A stretch of DNA of 64,000 bases from an uncultured Fibrobacterota bacterium (lineage in GTDB: Bacteria > Fibrobacterota > Chitinivibrionia > Chitinivibrionales > FEN-1185), in the NCBI GenBank assembly GCA_963753345.1, contig CAVWBU010000047.1, positions 166,002 through 230,001 on the forward strand, read 5' to 3'. The notes beneath the pieces are model-generated. The model was given only the letters and a program-made list of their open reading frames with translations, was not told the DNA's origin and made no database searches. Below are positions 61,500-64,000 of the stretch, one piece after another (within the stretch, counting starts at the first letter, position 1; each line of letters starts with the position of its first letter). The position numbers and the translations under genes are program-made.

Positions 61500-62885
61500 T
61501 TGCAGATCGCAACCGACATATTGCGCCATTCGTCAATAGTCGATAGTTGTTGCAAATTATTAGGTCTCGACAAGGCAAATTCATATGCCATTGTATTGCG
61601 GGCCTGGTCTTTGCTTAGAGCGCCAGTTACCATATATTTTATTGCAAAATACCTCAGCCTTGAAGAACAAGGATTGTGGTACACATTTCAAAGCCTCGGG
61701 GCCCTTACCATTTTTGCAGAGCTTGGATTTACTGCTATTATTACGCAGTATGTAAGCCATGAATTTGCTCATCTTACAGAAAAATCGAATGGGGAATTCG
61801 ACGGCGTTTGTGTATACAAAGATCGCTTTGTTTCCCTAATAAGATTTTCATTCAAACTGTATTCCATTCTTGTTGTTTCGGCGGCGATTTTATTGACCGC
61901 CCTCGGCACCCTTTTTATTTCGAGATTGGCCCTTCAAGCTTCATTCTTATTTGCGTGGATTTTATATTCTCTTTCAGGAGGTTTCGCCCTATTAGTTACA
62001 TTATTCGGTGCAATACAAATGGGCTGCAGAAAAGTCGCATTTGTTCAAAAGGTATCTTTAATTGGCATGGTTGGGGGCAACATTTTACTATGGGTAACTC
62101 TTTCTTTTGGTTGGAAACTCTGGGCGTTGGCAATTGGCAGCCTGACGAATATTGTTTTATCCACTGTATTCTATGTCGCTCTTAAGAAATCCTTCTGGCA
62201 TCAAATACTCAATTATAAACCGGAGCTTGAGATTAATTGGTTCCGTGAAATGCTTCCCTATCAGTGGCGCTACACTATAAGTGCGCTTTCGGGGTATTTT
62301 ATCTTCCAGGCATTAATTCCAATTACGGCATATTTTGCCGGTACGGCGGTTGGAGGTAAATTAGGAATGACTCTTGCGCTCACCGGCGCAGTTCAAGGAA
62401 TAGCATTGATCTGGGGAAGCAATAAATTACCGGAATTTAATGCTCTTGCTTCTCAGATGGAGGTTTCAAAAATGGAAATACTGCTCAATACGATACAACG
62501 ACAAAGTCTCCTAATTTTGCTTATCGTTGGAACGTTTGCTTATGTATGTTGCTTTTTCCTATTTCCAGTCATGCGCTGGAGCAACCGCATATTATCAATG
62601 ACCGAGGTCCTGATTCTTCTCCTGTATATCCCGCCAACGATAATAATTAATAATTGGGCAATCTTTCTTCGGTCGTTTAAAAAAGAACCTTATATGATTC
62701 TTTCTTTGACCTGTGCGATATTGACGGCAGGATCAGCGTGTATTTGCATGGGAGTATTTAAGTCAGCATTTATCATGGTACTATGTTATACCTGCATTGG
62801 TTGGATAATGGTAGTGCCTTGTTGGAGGGTCTTCACTAACTGGAGAAACATTTATTCCCATAAAGACTATGCTACCAATCGTTAA
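61500..62885 (+). CDS. Wzx-like polysaccharide flippase (start uncertain)
   Basis: About 12 TMs; LS.EEQG.WYTF, ELGF...I.Q.VSHE pattern. Confidence 0.72.
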   Translation: MQIATDILRHSSIVDSCCKLLGLDKANSYAIVLRAWSLLRAPVTIYFIAKYLSLEEQGLWYTFQSLGALTIFAELGFTAIITQYVSHEFAHLTEKSNGEFDGVCVYKDRFVSLIRFSFKLYSILVVSAAILLTALGTLFISRLALQASFLFAWILYSLSGGFALLVTLFGAIQMGCRKVAFVQKVSLIGMVGGNILLWVTLSFGWKLWALAIGSLTNIVLSTVFYVALKKSFWHQILNYKPELEINWFREMLPYQWRYTISALSGYFIFQALIPITAYFAGTAVGGKLGMTLALTGAVQGIALIWGSNKLPEFNALASQMEVSKMEILLNTIQRQSLLILLIVGTFAYVCCFFLFPVMRWSNRILSMTEVLILLLYIPPTIIINNWAIFLRSFKKEPYMILSLTCAILTAGSACICMGVFKSAFIMVLCYTCIGWIMVVPCWRVFTNWRNIYSHKDYATNR

Positions 62886-63936
62886 CAAGAAACCAGAAGA
62901 TAAATTTCTCTTATCGATAGCTATTCCCACCTATAACAGAGCATCCTACCTTAAGCTATGTTTGTCCCAGATATGCAAGCAACTCAATCATACTATCCAG
63001 CCAATAGAAGTAATCGTTTCTAATAATAATTCAACAGATCAAACAGAGGTGGTTATTAACGAAATTATCGCTTCTGGCATCCCAATTACGCACCTCCGGA
63101 ATTCTCAAAACATTGGCGCTGAGCTAAATGTGATCCAATGTTATAAGATGGCAAAAGGCAAATATGTACTGATTTTAGGCGACGACGATGTTCTATTAGA
63201 CAATTCTTTGAACAAGATACTACATGTACTCAAAAGAGGGGAATACGGTGTAATTTTCCTCAGGGCCTTTGGTTACAAGACGAACTATATGACGGAAATC
63301 CCGGGGGATAGCGAGGAGGGCTTTGTTGTTTGCACAAGTCACGAAAGGTTTCTCGAAAAAGTAAACTATTACATTACGTTTTTATCCTCTAACATCGTCA
63401 ACAAATCTCTGCTTGCGGATTCGATCGACCCTTCGCTTTTTGTAGGTACTAATTTGCCGCAACTAAGTTGGATTCTTCCAGCGGTCTTGAGGGCGCATAC
63501 GAATGCTTATAGCAAGGAATATTTGATTGCGGGGAAAGCGAGTAACACCGGTGGGTATCAACTATGTCAAGTGTTTGCGGTCAACATTAATAGAATATTC
63601 AAATTTTTGGTAATGAAAGGCGCAGAAATGCGATATTTTAAGGTGATTAACAGAGCACTTCTTCGACGCTTTTTTCCATACCACCTTTTGCTATTGCGAA
63701 CACAATCAGAGGGATCGCCCTTTGTTGAGGAAGATAAGTTCCGCGTGCTGTGCAGAGTGTTCGGGATGTATCCTTCTTTTTGGTTGGTGACTGTTCCAGC
63801 AATAAAATTTCCTCTCTGGGCGGCAACTTATTGGAACAAATACGTATTGAGACTATTAAAAATCGCACACAAAATTAACAATGCTATTGAGAAACTTCCG
63901 TGGAAGAAAAGAGAATTATTGATAATTAACAAATAA
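62869..63936 (+). CDS. GT2 glycosyltransferase
   Basis: LSIAIPTYNRA, NNSTD, N.G...N, ILGDDD. Confidence 0.9.
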   Translation: MLPIVNKKPEDKFLLSIAIPTYNRASYLKLCLSQICKQLNHTIQPIEVIVSNNNSTDQTEVVINEIIASGIPITHLRNSQNIGAELNVIQCYKMAKGKYVLILGDDDVLLDNSLNKILHVLKRGEYGVIFLRAFGYKTNYMTEIPGDSEEGFVVCTSHERFLEKVNYYITFLSSNIVNKSLLADSIDPSLFVGTNLPQLSWILPAVLRAHTNAYSKEYLIAGKASNTGGYQLCQVFAVNINRIFKFLVMKGAEMRYFKVINRALLRRFFPYHLLLLRTQSEGSPFVEEDKFRVLCRVFGMYPSFWLVTVPAIKFPLWAATYWNKYVLRLLKIAHKINNAIEKLPWKKRELLIINK

Positions 63937-64000
63937 TGGATACGATTTTGAAAAATGGCTACGCTACGAAAATGAGGCGTCCAAATGTAGTATCCATCCT

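Noticed and set aside
1-64000. CRISPR array, rRNA, prophage or intact transposase
   Set aside because: No regularly spaced repeats, rRNA-like sequence, phage structural genes or transposase motifs were seen

Overview
Chromosomal DNA from a diderm (Gram-negative) bacterium. The lineage cannot be fixed from sequence alone. Many isolated frameshifts suggest an unpolished long-read or metagenome assembly. 1-13 kb is a housekeeping, probably origin-proximal region: parA end, parB, M23 peptidase, bactofilin, a candidate DnaA-box cluster, pyrF, an Asp-type murA, an orphan ClpV/TssH, a zinc-ribbon protein, tRNA-Ile2(CAT), an HldE-type kinase, a site-2 protease and a polysaccharide deacetylase. 13.4-64 kb is a ~50-kb surface-glycan super-locus with five parts: (i) a PilH/PilI/PilG-like ABC module bracketed by two related TTGAA...TTCAA structured elements; (ii) CDP-sugar cluster 1 (rfbF, rfbG, rfbH, NeuB-like synthase, KdsC-like phosphatase, ThDP enzyme, three radical SAM/SPASM enzymes, methyltransferases, GtrA/GtrB-like); (iii) five GT-C-type or GT-C-like membrane proteins (YfhO, a LamG-fused protein, ArnT-like, two TMTC-like TPR proteins); (iv) an EPS-associated MarR, wzz, and six nucleotidyltransferase (MNT/HEPN and NTase plus small partner) modules, five of them enclosed by a ~156-bp duplication of the wzz 3' end; (v) CDP-sugar cluster 2 (reductase, rfbH, rfbF, a decayed rfbG relic, ThDP enzyme, dmpF/dmpG, epimerases, FkbM, flippase, GT2), predicted to make an acyl-branched sugar of the erwiniose type.
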